NCBI GenBank assembly: GCA_965649765.1
Contig: OZ287749.1
Coordinates: 79,236,001-79,300,000, forward strand
From: Bispira polyomma
Taxonomy: Eukaryota
DNA length: 64,000 nucleotides
Reading direction: 5' to 3'
Shown here piece after piece: positions 1-12,130 of this stretch (the stretch's first letter is position 1; each line of letters starts with the position of its first letter). A model generated the notes under the pieces. The model did not search any database, had not been told where the DNA came from, and worked only from the letters and a program-made list of their open reading frames with translations. Position numbers and translations under genes: made by a program.

Positions 1-59
1 CCACTTGTCAAACAATTGTTCAGTCTCAGCTCTCTCAGGAAGTATACTAGTGGTGCTGC

Positions 60-248
60 CGCGTATGGTGAACAAAGACTAACAGTCATTAGCAGCCAGG
101 AACCCATTTATACACCTGGGTAGAGAGGGAGAACTTTTGTGTAAAGCACATTGTCCAAGGGTAGAATCTCCAGGCCTGCAGCTAGAATTAAACCAGGGCT
201 CTTGGATCACTCAGATCCAAAGTCTGACACTGTAACCGCTAGGCCACA
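60..248 (-). mobile_element. CORE/MIR-like tRNA-derived SINE, degraded
   Basis: Reverse strand reads TGGCCTAGCGG (A-box-like) ... GGTTTAATTC (B-box-like) ... CTTGGACAATGTGCTTTACAC ... CTCTCTACCCAGGTGTATAAATGGG, resembling the CORE domain. A related copy is at about 47855-48005. Confidence 0.6.
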
Positions 249-703
249 GATATATACTAGATTGCATTAATGCACAACAATATCTGGAGTTTACATTGAT
301 GATTGACTGTCTAAATGTACAATTTAGCTTCACTTTTCATTAAGCAAGTCATTTTTTTGTCTTCCCAAAGGTACTTCACTGCCAAACCCATTAGGCCAAT
401 TGCTTTCTTGTACCTACAATTGTCACTAATATTCCCTTAACTGTAATTTCCGGTTTGTTCACTTGTTACCTTTTCTCCAATATCATCATTATTAAAATGA
501 TTGCATCCATTTAACACCCCACCCCCACTGCCCAACCCTTCTCCCCCTTTTTGTATCATTCTATTTTGTCGTCCACAAAAAAAGGAAAAAGACTTGGTCC
601 GACCTTTATATTGTAAGTAAAGTTCTCCTGCACTTAAACATTTGTCAATTACAAGTAATAACATTTCAATATGGGCAGTTCTGTTTTTATATAGTTTGGA
701 TTT

Positions 704-706
<3 letters not shown>

Positions 707-764
<58 letters not shown>
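707..764. repeat. (TA)29 microsatellite
   Basis: Directly visible perfect dinucleotide run. Confidence 0.97.
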
Positions 765-769
<5 letters not shown>

Positions 770-1695
770 TTCTAACAGCATAGTGTATTGGCAAAGCAGT
801 ATTTAAATAAAATATTATTATTTGCAATATTAGCAAAGAAGAACTTAAATGTCGCACCCAGGTGGAAATGGGGGTGGGTGGGGAGTGGGGGGGGGGGTGT
901 CATGCAAGACAATTAACATGACCTCCATTTTGGTTTAAATGAAACTGAAAGCCACAAATTTATTTTCAAGGCATAATTAGTGAGTGTGTCATATTTAAAT
1001 TAATTCTACCAGTTACTCCAATAACGGTTTCTTTACATGTCATGAGAAAAATAAATTAAAACAACTTTTGCGGATCAGTTGACAATTCTTACCCAAAAAA
1101 ACTGGCAATTAAGACACGGTCATGATTGTTTCCAAAGTTTAACACAACCTCCCTCCTCCCTCTTACACACACACTTCATTACAAGATTTGATTCATTTTA
1201 ATTGATTGACTAAAATAACTAGGACACAAAACCAATTCGTCTATGTATGTCATAAAACATTCAAACGTTAATTTGCTTGATCTTCAGAGTAAATATAAAT
1301 AAAGAAATATTTTTTAAAATTAAACAATGATATTAAAATATAGCTAAATTCGTATGACCGGCTGATTTATAATAACAAACAAGATTTATATATAAATAGT
1401 ATTATCTGTTTGTAAATTCTAAACTTGCACTGTCTGTTAATTATTTTTAGTGTCAATTTTTTGAAGTGATGAATTATGTATGAGCTCAATCTGGTTTCCA
1501 GGCGTCCTAAGAACATTCCATAATGTTCACATATATTAAACTACCTGCCAGAAAGTAATCCAAGAAAAAAGACCTTTGATGGGTACATTATCTTATTCTT
1601 GATAAGGAAAGGCAAGCTATTGGCTGTGCCACCCTTATATAACCTCTATGTAAGGTTATGATGTCACACAAATTGTGGTTTATGTTATCTTGAAG

Positions 1696-1697
<2 letters not shown>

Positions 1698-1745
<48 letters not shown>
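1698..1745. repeat. (AAT)16 microsatellite
   Basis: Directly visible perfect trinucleotide run. Confidence 0.97.
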
Positions 1746-1746
<1 letters not shown>

Positions 1747-1883
1747 TTGTAATGAACATCCAATCAGATAAAGAACTAGAGAAACCTGTTTGTCTCCTCC
1801 CTCCTAATTATTTTCTTCCACCCAGTGATTAAATGTCAAACGTCCTTCTAATTGTAGGTAAACCCCATTTAACTTAAATCCAG

Positions 1884-1979
1884 GGGCCGTATTCACGAAG
1901 GGACTTAGCCAGGTCTTAGGCTTAAATCAGTATACTTTTGTGCTAGATTTAAGCCTAAGTCCTTTCGTGAGTACGGGCC
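1884..1979. mobile_element. 96-bp MITE, PIF/Harbinger-like
   Basis: About 25-bp TIRs (GGGCCGTATTCACGAAGGGACTTAG / CTAAGTCCTTTCGTGAGTACGGGCC) flanked by a 3-bp CAG duplication (1881-1883, 1980-1982). A degenerate inverted copy lies at about 4783-4891. Confidence 0.8.
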
Positions 1980-2199
1980 CAGGTGACACAGTGTATTTTA
2001 AATTAGTTTACCCATAGCCAAAAAAACACGTCATGGTGTTTCTCAAAATATTCTTACCACGGGTAAACTTTCAATTGAAATTCTTAATTCTGGCAAATTC
2101 GTACACTACTGTGAATTTAATAAATAAGATCATAGGGTCAATATGTTAAAATCCTGCAGCAATTCACGAGTCTCTATCTAAAGGTATAGCTTTGCTTAA

Positions 2200-3210
2200 G
2201 GCTCAAGTTTGTCAACAAGTCTGATTCCATTTAGAACTGATTTAAAATGTGCATTCGTTAAAATTTATTGTACTGCACACCTAGGAGTATTACCAAGTTG
2301 TTTAGCCTCTGGTCTGGGAAGAAGAATCTGTTATGTAATGAGAAGCTGTTACCCATACGAGTACATTATGCTAACCTTAACATTTACATAAACATAAAAA
2401 TTTGGGTTAACCTCCCCTACCTCTGTTTCCTTATTCAAGCTAGTATTCTCGCGCGTGGTAACGGATTGCCTGTGTCCTTCACCAGACCGACCGGTAGATG
2501 CAGTTACCAAGTTGCTGCTCCATATGAGTGGAATAAGTAGTTGCCAGCTGATATTAGATCTCAAACAAATATTCATAAAATGAAGAGCAAACTCAAGACA
2601 TATCTGTTCTGACTGGCTTATCCCCCCTACCTTAGCAAATCTCCCCATATGGGTGCCATTCTGGTCATGACCCATTTTTTGTCCTCCGACTAATTATTTA
2701 GACAACCATTGCCTTAGAGGATGCTATATCAATTTGACACTATATTAAAAAGCTCCAGTTCATTCAAAACTATCTATACAGTGTCTTGTTTCACCTGAGC
2801 ACCTACACCGATGTCCCTCTCCACCTCAAAAAACTACACTGACTTCTCATTCACTACAGAAATTTTATTCAAAATGCATGTTAACACTTAACAGCCCTTT
2901 TACTCTGCTTGTCTTCTCTCTTTCAGTAACCTAAAAGAGAGGCAATAGACTCTCTGTTTCTTCTGTTAGACCCACCAGGAAGGCAGGATTTAGAATTTCC
3001 TCCATTACAGCTCCCTTGTTATGGAACAATCTCCCAGTTAGATACACTTATCAGTCTTACGAAAACGCTTAACACCTATCTTTTAAACCTTGCTTACACA
3101 CCTTAATTCCGCCTGTACACCTTTCCTGACGATCGCATCACTAATTCTGCTGTTGTGCTTTAGAATATGCCTAGCATCAATAAAGCCTGTTAAAAATGTA
3201 TAATAATAAA
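2200..3210 (+). mobile_element. Two adjacent degraded L2/CR1-group LINE 3' ends
   Basis: Broken ORF2 C-terminal motifs (YQVAAPYEWNK*LPADIRSQ...KLKTYLF and SITAPLLWNNLPVR), each followed by a 3' tail; the second tail is TGTTGTGCTTTAGAATATGCCTAGCATCAATAAAGCCTGTTAAAAAT. Confidence 0.7.
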
Positions 3211-3721
3211 ATATAAATTCTTTTCTATATATATGAGGTTTAAGAAAGGCTAAAAAATGTATTGTCCTGTAGAGAACTTCACCACATCCCCGGTTCAGTT
3301 AATTAGGGAACAGTCACTGCTCTAATTAAGCTTGGACAATTACTGCTGGGGAGGGGCTTGGTGGGGGAGGGTTAATTGAGGGGGATCAGGTTAGTGTTGT
3401 GTTGATGGGAGGGGGAGAGTAATTGATGAAATTGTCCAGCAGTTGTCCTCTGACATTTGTGCACGACCAGCAAGCACACACCCCCCCTTCCCCCCTCCTC
3501 GTCCCCCTTCCTTCACATTGGTTTTTATTTGTCTGTCTTTTTGTGTTTATTGGAACTTTCTGGTATTATTAGGTACTCCTCAATCTCTGTTGGGCGTTTC
3601 TGGACAGATTTGTCTGTTGGTTTAGGAGTTTTTTTGCGCATCTTGAAGTATCACTATAGTCTTTGTTCCTATACGTCAAAAGTTTTACCACCCAATACCA
3701 CAAAAATTACAATGATGATAT

Positions 3722-3990
3722 AATAGATTTTTAACACGCCTAATTGATGCCAGACATCTTCTAAAACACAATATCATTTTGACAAAGTTGTTAAAATCGT
3801 AGGCCATTTCAAATGTAAATTTGTGATGGAGTGGTCATTTGGACGAGTGACATTTCTATGCAAGGTAAGCAATGGTGAACAGATGGGTCTTAAAGTTGCT
3901 TCTGGAACCATAGAGGGGTTTCCTGGGATCTTATATTGCCTGGTGAATTGTTCCATAGGGTTGGTGTTGCAACAGAGAATATTTATTTCA
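3722..3990 (-). mobile_element. L2-type LINE 3' end
   Basis: Reverse strand encodes FSVATPTLWNNSPGNIRSQET...FKTHLF and carries the same 3' tail as the other copies. Confidence 0.7.
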
Positions 3991-4254
3991 TCCCAGATCT
4001 ATCTAACAATAGGTTAATATTAATACATATTCTTATTTATGCTAAATAGAATAAGTTTGTTTATGTACGTTACAACTCAATACTTCTTTAATTAAATTTA
4101 AAAAAAAAAAAAATGATATCTAATTATGATAGACAAACACTTTTTGTAGTAAATAATTACAAATGACAACCTGATTTTAAAAGAGTAAATGTGTATGACA
4201 GAGGGACTTGAAAAGGCACAGAATACTTGGTACATGTAATCCAGAATATTGTTG

Positions 4255-4515
4255 TTTTTTTTTTAATTTTGATATTTAATGTCTACTCTAGTACCTGTTT
4301 AGGTTATATTAGGACAGGTAGTTGGAAACGCTGGAGGAAACACTGCATACAGTTGATCAAGGTTCTGCACTGAAACCAGCGGCCCACAGTCAGCAACTAC
4401 CACCTTTCCCACATAGGCATCGACGGGAGTCGACCCACGCCAGCTGATCCCAGAGGTAAGAGACCAGTGATTGTGAAGCGCAATGCTTGCTAACCACTTG
4501 GCCACCGCGACCCCC
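4255..4515 (-). mobile_element. tRNA-derived SINE family A, full-length copy
   Basis: Highly similar to copies at 4932-5191, 6494-6720, 16037-16296 and 24973-25215; A box TGGCCAAGTGG, B-box-like GGGTCGACTC, A/T-rich tail. Confidence 0.9.
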
Positions 4516-4931
4516 TGTAATATGGAATAAGGGCTGCCTGTGAGATGGGGGGGGGGGGGGGGGACATGGCAAAGGGTGATTATCGTCATTAGGTTCTGGT
4601 AAGTAGATTCCAGAAAAGGGCTGTGACTTTCTGTTGGTGATGTGAGTTAAACGTTGGGTTTTCTAACACACTAACGAATAATTGCTGCCATATGTGGAGG
4701 GGGTAAAATAACAACAGACTGAGTGCTAGTCTTGCTCTGACGCTACCGTGACCTGTAGTATTTGATACTGGAAAGAATATAAGGCGGTATTCACAAAAAA
4801 GGGCTAAGTCTAGACATTGTCCTCAATACAACACAAAAGTATACTTGAATCTAAGACAAAGTCATGGCCTAGCAGTTTCGTGAACACCACCAATTCTTGA
4901 CTTTTAATTTTTTAACTTTTGGGGGATTGGT

Positions 4932-5191
4932 TAATTTAATTTAATTGAATTGGGATATTGAACATCCACTCTAGTACCTGTTTAGGTTATATTGGGACGG
5001 GTAGTTGGAAACGCTGGAGGAAACACTGCATACAGTTGATCAAGGTTCTGCACTGAAACCAGTGGCCCACAGTAAGGAACTACCACCTTTCCCACATAGG
5101 CATCGACAGGATTCGAACTCACGCCGCCCAGAGGTGAGAGACCAGTGATTGTGAAGTGCAATGCTTGCTAACCACTAGGCCACCGCGGCCT
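4932..5191 (-). mobile_element. tRNA-derived SINE family A with TSD
   Basis: A box TGGCCTAGTGG, B box GAGTTCGAATCC; 16-bp TSD CTTTTGGGGG(A/G)TTGGT at 4916-4931 and 5192-5207. Confidence 0.92.
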
Positions 5192-6493
5192 CTTTTGGGG
5201 GGTTGGTGTGTCACTTTTAACATCTTTGGTCTTATTGGGATGCCCAGATTTATGAGTGACAGATAACCAGCTGTACTAATCTATTTCTAGTGTCAATCAC
5301 AGACAAACTTTAACGCATGAATGTAGCAGAGGGAGTTGAATACATTGTCATCGGCCGTGAGGGGGCTAGTGAATCATGACATATATTTTTCTTCTTTCTC
5401 TTATACTGACATTAAATACATTAAAGCTGATGTAATAAACATTTTATAAACAACACACCTAGCCAACCATGGAGGTTTATGTATTACTCCAGTCTTTCCA
5501 TAATACATGGCTTGTAGAGAATACTATGGAACAATATCTACATATTTTCCTGAGGCAACGAATACTAACGACCGTCTGTCTGAATGAGACCGAGCCTTTC
5601 CAGTTACCTTAACTAGTCCACATGAATGATATTAAAAAGTTTGACCATAACCACAATAAAGATTGACATGGTTTTGGTCAGGTTTAAATCTTTTGTTTGA
5701 TATATAATTTTATTACAGAAAATATATTATGTAATGTAATTTGACCAAAGATTTAATTTACTTCCTCTTGATAGAGCCCTTGAATTACATCATTCCCATT
5801 ACAACTACACAACTGTATTTTTGAATTAATTTGAACCATTTTAAAACAGAGAAGTTCCTAGTTGTACTTTATTTTAAAGTGACTAATATGCATATTTGAG
5901 TTTGGTACTAAAACACTGTTATATGGTTACTTATCTAATTGTAAAGGTACTGGTCTCTATAATAAAGAATTGATCTGTCTTTCCATCTGTACTGGTGTCT
6001 TAAGATGTTTACAATTTGGGGGCAGTCACACGTTTGGTTAACTGATAAAATCATTAGTTTATCGACATTTTGCCCTAATTTTGCTATAAGAAATTGTATG
6101 ATTCTAAGAATATATTTTATTTGCTAACACGCACATCTGCTAGCAATGTTTATATAAAAAAATCATTCTGTACAACATAAATATGTTCATATAGTCTATT
6201 CAGTTTATTACAATGACATACAATTTACAAAAACAATAGCTGTCTTTTAAAAGAGACACAGGCGAACAGTGTGAAATCCAATGATATGACATTTTTATAC
6301 CCAGGCATATCTCACACCCCTCATTTTGGACTGGTCTATTGCTTCCAACCAATCCATGAAGGCCTTACATATTATTTCTAAGATGGTGGTGCTTTTTTCA
6401 AAACGGCGGCGCCATTTTCAGAATGAAAAGTACAACAGGCTATGCCTGATAAAAATAACAAAGAAACATACAATATTATAATTGCCCAACCAA

Positions 6494-6720
6494 TTGCGCT
6501 TCATAATTACTGGTTTCTCACCTCTGGGCGGCGTGAGTTCGACTCCCGTCAATGCCTATGTGGGAAAGGTGGTACTTCTTTACTGTGGGCCGCTGGTTTC
6601 AGTGCAGAACCTTGATCAATTGTATGCAGTGTTTTCTCCAGTGTTTCCAGCTACCCGTCCCAATATAACCTACTAAAAGGTACCAGAGTGGACGTTAAAT
6701 ATCCAAATTCAAACTTCAAT
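6494..6720 (+). mobile_element. tRNA-derived SINE family A, 5'-truncated
   Basis: B box GAGTTCGACTCC, body AGTGCAGAACCTTGATCAA..., tail AGAGTGGACGTTAAATATCCAAATTC as in the other copies. Confidence 0.88.
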
Positions 6721-7989
6721 TACACAGTTTAACATTTACTCTCAATATTTATGTTTAAAAAATTATAAATAAAAGACCAATAAAAATAAGATTTCAATAT
6801 TTCAATTTACAATCCATAAAATAAATATATAATACTTTTATCATACCAAGAGTTCAAACACAAATCATGTTAACTATATATAACTACAGCTACATTGATT
6901 CAATAGGTTTCTAGAAAGTTATTTATGAATTCTATTTTTGACGGATATTCCAATATGAAAGCTGTGCCGTGTCTAAGAACACTGGGGTCTAATTTGTCAT
7001 ACTTTACTGTACTCGCTGAGTTGCCTCTCGCCATTAGAGATGGATTTTTTTTTTAATCAATTGACATTAGTGTTTGGAGCCGTGGTAATGAATACTCAAA
7101 CGGGTGATTTAGAGCAGGGGCTTACAAGGAAAGTGTCCCATAATCTGTGGATAATACACAGGACTGGGGGTAATTTGGGCCAGTGGTTTTTGGGGGGGTT
7201 GGTTTAAACATCACGCTGTGGTGTAGTTAGTGAAACAAAGGGACGGGTTAATTGTTATCTGCACATGTGACAAAAAGGACCAACCATTTTTGTTAGTTGT
7301 CATTTATTTCTCACCTTTTCTTCTTCTTGTTTAAAGGAGCTATTTTCAAACATGCACAATCTATTGTTTATAGTACACACAGTATATATATATATATATG
7401 TTACAGTAAATATGTGAAATCAGTAAATACGCATATTTACTGATTTGGTCTGTAAATATGTGCAATCCCTAAATAATTCAGTAAATATGCGTACTTACTG
7501 GTTTTGGGCCTGCATTATTTCATAAGTTTGCTGGTGGTCATTTCAGTAAACATGTGTAATATGAAAATTTCATTCAATATACGCGTAGTATTTTTTGGTG
7601 GTTTGTGTTTAAAGTATCTGGATTTAGTTAGGTCACTTTAAAGCATACTACATCTCATGTATTTTGTATTTACATTATTGTCTATTTACACAAATTCAGT
7701 CAAAATATTGGTTTACACATATTATATACAAATTGAACACTCTTATTTGTTTTACATTTAAAATTGAATACTTATAAACTGTGAATATTAAATATAATTT
7801 TAAATTACTATTTTATTAATTAAAGACTAAAGGTTAGAAAGGTACTAGTTTGTAACACATTCTTTTGATATTATTGTAACCAGTATTGTACAGGCCACAC
7901 TAGCTTTGAAGATAATAAAATAATTATATGAAAAGAACCCTTTACAAACTTTTCTTTTGATGTACCTAAAACTGTAAAATGTGGCTTCT

Positions 7990-10061
7990 TAATCCTGATC
8001 AAGTGGGGTACATGGAAGGTAGTTACTGTGGTGAAAATGTCAGATTAATAGCAGATATTATTGACTATTGTAGAGTACTAGATATTCTTGGAGTTATACT
8101 TCTTGCTGATTTTGAAAAAGCATTTGACACAGTAAAGTGGAAATTTTTGAAGTCAATTCTGAAATATTATGGGTTTGGCCCTAATTTTCAAAAATGGGTG
8201 GGTATCTTATACAAGGACACAGAAAGTTGTGTTATGAACAATGGTTATCTATCTTCATATTTTGAACTTTCCGGAGGAATCCGGCAAGGTTGCCCAATCA
8301 GTGCTTTACTATTTCTATTAGTAGCTGAAATAGTTGCCATAATTTTGCGCGACTCAGAAAATGTTAATGGCATAAATGTTAATGACACACATATAAAATT
8401 ATGTCAGCTAGCTGACGACATGACACTTTTTATTTCATCTACTACATCAGTAAAATATGCTATAAAATTTTTTGAAGAATTTTATCGCTACGCTGGCTTG
8501 AAGCTTAATAAGAGTAACACAGAAGCATTTATAATAAACTGTGGTACTTCAATTACCAAAGATGAAAGCATTGGTATAAATTGGCTAAGCAAACCATTTA
8601 AGACACTTGGCTCTTGGTTTTCTGTAGATCCAGTGAAAATGGTAAATCTAAATATAAGAGAAAAGCTTCGTATTATTAAAGCCATTCTTAAATCCTGGCA
8701 AGCCAGGGCACTTACTGCAAAAGGCAAAATCACAGTTATCAAATCTTTAGTGATTCCACACCTCTTGCAATTGGCATATGTATTGCCATTCAGTCAGAAA
8801 CTTCTGGCCGATTTAGATTCTATGTTCTTCAACTTTCTTTGGAGCGGTCAAAAACATTTAATTTTCAAACAAATGTTAATACAGCCTCCAGAACTTGGTG
8901 GTTTATCAATGATAACGACAAAGAACATTATATACTCTGCAAAAATTATGTGGATCAAGAGACTGAATAACAGTATTGAAGCTAAATGGAAGGTTTTAGC
9001 AGAAAACCTTATGGGATTAGCCAAATCAGAAATTCTTAAAAAACAATTATTTGCAAATATTCAAAAGAGTGTTAAGTCCCATTTTTATTCTGATTTGTTA
9101 AAAATATGGTTTGATTTTATTCTAAGCGACATTGAAAGTCTAGATGACTTGCTAGAAGAAAGTCTTTTTTATAATCCTTTACTCTGAATTGATAATAAGC
9201 CTATAGGAACTGAATATCGTGACTGGAAAGCGGCGGGTATTACTTATGTGAGAGATATTTCAACTACGGATTTAAAAACTTTTAAGAATAAAACAGAACT
9301 AGAAGATATATACAATATTGTTATTCCACATTTGAAATACAATAAAATTATAAGCTGTTTATCTGATATGTTTGGTAAACTATCGAAGACTAAAAAAAAG
9401 AGTTCTTTAATATTTTCAAATACTATTCCCAAGAAATGCTTATCAGACATATCCAATGTTAAATCTTCTGAAGTAAAGAAGTTCTTGGCTATCAGGTAAT
9501 ATACAACCCCAACCAGTCAAAACAAATGGGTTGAATATTATCCCTTTTTAGAATCAATTGATTGGAAAGTATCTGCTTCCTCATAAAATAATTTTAGATC
9601 CATACTTATTAGGCATACAGTATAAAATTTTACACCGTATATATGCATGTAATTATAAACTGCATCTATGGAAAATTAAAGATTCACCAAACTGTAATAT
9701 TTGTAACCATGTAGATAACCTAGAGCATTATTTTTAATATTGCTTAGACGCAAAGTACTTTTGGAATCAGGTAGATATATGGCTAAGTAACCTTGTACCA
9801 TTTACTGTAAGACTTGCTGTTCTTGATGTTCTGTTTGGTAAACCCACTATTGAAAGAAAATATTTTTATGTTATTAATTATGTTATATTTAGTGGAAAAT
9901 ATTATATTAGTAAGCATAAGAAAATTGATAAAGATTTGCCTTTTCAAAAGTTCTTGTATTTATTAAAGTATAGATTAAGTTTAGACATTAGAGTATATAC
10001 CCAACATGGTAAACTTGAAATTTTTAATGAAAGATACAGATCTCTTTATAACATTATATAG
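7990..10061 (+). pseudogene. Disrupted ORF2 (reverse transcriptase plus zf-RVT); endonuclease domain absent
   Basis: The 402-aa ORF continues in frame past stops at 9185-9187 and 9497-9499; frameshift near 9570 and another stop in the zinc knuckle; ends TAG at 10059-10061. The ATG at 7979 comes from the TSD, not from the element. Confidence 0.9.
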
Positions 10062-10265
10062 TTATATTTGACTCAATGTATTATACTTCTTTGTAATGTT
10101 TGTTTAGTTTTAGCAAAACCATTAATATTAACCTATAATAATATATGCTACCTTCTTATAAATGAGGATAATCAAGTGTGTAACTTAACTTTAAGAAATG
10201 TTGTTATTATGTTGAAATATTGCCACTGTATTTTGTTATTATAAAAAAACAATAAAAAAAAAAAA
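7990..10265 (+). mobile_element. 5'-truncated L1/Tx1-clade non-LTR retrotransposon
   Basis: RT motifs PDQVGY, DFEKAFD, GIRQGCPIS, QLADD; C-terminal zinc knuckle (CNIC...EHYF*YC); AATAAA at 10251 and poly(A); 14-bp TSD AAAATGTGGCTTCT at 7976-7989 and 10266-10279. Confidence 0.95.
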
Positions 10266-11239
10266 AAAATGTGGCTTCTGTGTTAGGTAAATCTCATGGA
10301 AGACTCACAATTGCCTATATTAGATGCTGGTCATCCAATTATATGTGGCTTCTTAACTTTAAATACAATTACAGGTAAGTTGAAATGTGGCTTCTCAGTT
10401 TGAGAAATCCATTGGGCCAGATTAAGAAGGTTAAAAATAATCACCGATTAAATTTGAAGTTGTGTCCATGGAAAAAGACCTCTACAAAATTATTGTAAAA
10501 TCAGGTGTCCTGAAGGGTCATTATGCCAGATCTGTTTGAGCTTTGCACCCAAACTCTACTAAGTTCACAGGCAGCAATTGAAAACACAAGAAGTGGTGGA
10601 TAAGGATTTACAAAATGTAACTGTAGTGAAAAGCAATGCAAAAACAATAGCTGCAAGTGTTATAAACCTAAACTGAAAAGCAACAGCAGGTGCCACTCTA
10701 GTTTATCCTGTAAAAATAATTAATGAACTTACTATTACCAACCACTTATACATATACATATTTTCTGTAATAATATAATTAATTAATTGGTGTCATTTAC
10801 TGCATGAAATATACCACATGACATGTAATGTATAACAAAATGTCATTTTGTGTGCACAAATCTATTTCAAAAGTCATTTTCAGGTATAAATATATTTTTT
10901 AAAGACTACTTGTAATTTATTGGTGTAATAAATTGGATGATATGTATAACATACACTTAGGATAGACAACATAGTATATATGTAATGTGCCTGAATAAAT
11001 TGACCTAAATAAAGATGGACTCTTTAATAACTTGTAAAATCACCACTACCACAAAATGACACATAATATGGATAAAAAATTACTTAATGTGGCTAGTTAA
11101 TCATCACTTAAAGAATAATGAGACAATTTAGTAAATACGTGAACTTACTGGACCCAAAAACCAGTAAGTACACGTATTTACTGAAATTGTTAGGGATTAC
11201 GCGTATTTACTGATTTCACATATTTACTGTAACATAAAT

Positions 11240-12130
11240 ATATATTTGATGGACAAAATACCCGTCAAGTTTGGAAAGGTGGACTAAATGCTGGCCCGTT
11301 TTGGGGGTGGGTGGTCAAAATGCTGGTGTTGTCAAAACTTTTACTGATGCTACTAATGTCGGCCGCCATATATTTACATATGCATAAACTATGATTTTTT
11401 ACCTTTGTTTTTTCATGACTTTGTAATCGCTTGAGCCTCATAGAGTGTCCTATTCCATTCAAGTAATTTTCAATAGATATTGCCTTACTGGATCTCTGAC
11501 CACATAAGTTATGCAGTTTGTTTGGAGGTATTTGGTGCACTTTCTATGTCTTTTCTCTACTGGTTGTCCACTAGTTGTTTGAAGTAAAATGGTGGTGACC
11601 AGAGACAAGAAGGTCAAACCATCAAGCATCCCACAGAAGTGTCTGAAAGTCTTCATCTTTTTTTGTAGAAATCTTGTACTCCAAGCCCATGAACTTTGCG
11701 CCATATACTTTGTGTAAGATGGTAAAACCATAAAATTCTTTATGGTATTGTATCAAAACAGGTTGTTTTTTTGCAAACATAATGTCTTTATAATGTGATG
11801 ACATTCTTTACAAGGGAAAGGGTTGTATCATAGTTTGTATCATAGTTTGAAATATAATATCTTTAAAATGGTTTGATGTTTCGACAATTTTGTAAACCTT
11901 TGCACCTAATCAGTTTATATTGAATTCCACAAATTGCTTTGGATTATATAAATATAAATTATGGCTGACAGAATTTACATCATAGTAATTTGGCACAAAG
12001 CATTAACTCACTTGGCAATGCAACACAGTATCTTGGCACCAGGCACAATATTTTGCAATACAACACCGTATTTTGACACAAGACATCATTTGTTCGGTAT
12101 AACACATCAAGGTATGGTTAAGGTATTTAC
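11240..12130 (-). mobile_element. Degraded MULE (Mutator-like) DNA transposon fragment
   Basis: Correcting two 1-nt insertions, 11726-11606 reads FYHLTQSIWRKVHGLGVQDFYKKDEDFRHFCGMLDGLTFL, a characteristic MULE transposase segment. Outer limits are approximate. Confidence 0.75.

Larger units (their letters stand above)
7399..11234. mobile_element. Non-autonomous long-TIR DNA transposon (TGT...ACA ends, possibly Ginger-type) carrying a nested LINE
   Basis: Perfect 34-bp terminal inverted repeat TGTTACAGTAAATATGTGAAATCAGTAAATACGC (7399-7432 vs 11201-11234), extending imperfectly to about 100 bp with palindromic CAGTAAATA...TATTTACTG subrepeats; flanked by TA-repeat sequence. Superfamily assignment is inference from the termini only. 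Confidence 0.85.

Noticed and set aside
437-781. 114-aa ORF with an IY repeat
   Set aside because: Translation of the (TA)n microsatellite.
7979-9187. Intact or domesticated reverse transcriptase gene with an unusual LADD catalytic motif
   Set aside because: The start codon lies in the TSD, the endonuclease domain is missing, and downstream stops and a frameshift show decay. Variation at the first position of the YADD-type motif occurs among L1/Tx1 RTs.
11459-11731. Minus-strand ORF resembling a neuropeptide/insulin-like precursor (hydrophobic stretch, KR site, cysteines)
   Set aside because: The segment is better explained as a frameshifted MULE transposase (FYHLTQSIWRKV...FRHFCGMLDGLTFL); there is no insulin cysteine pattern or exon structure.
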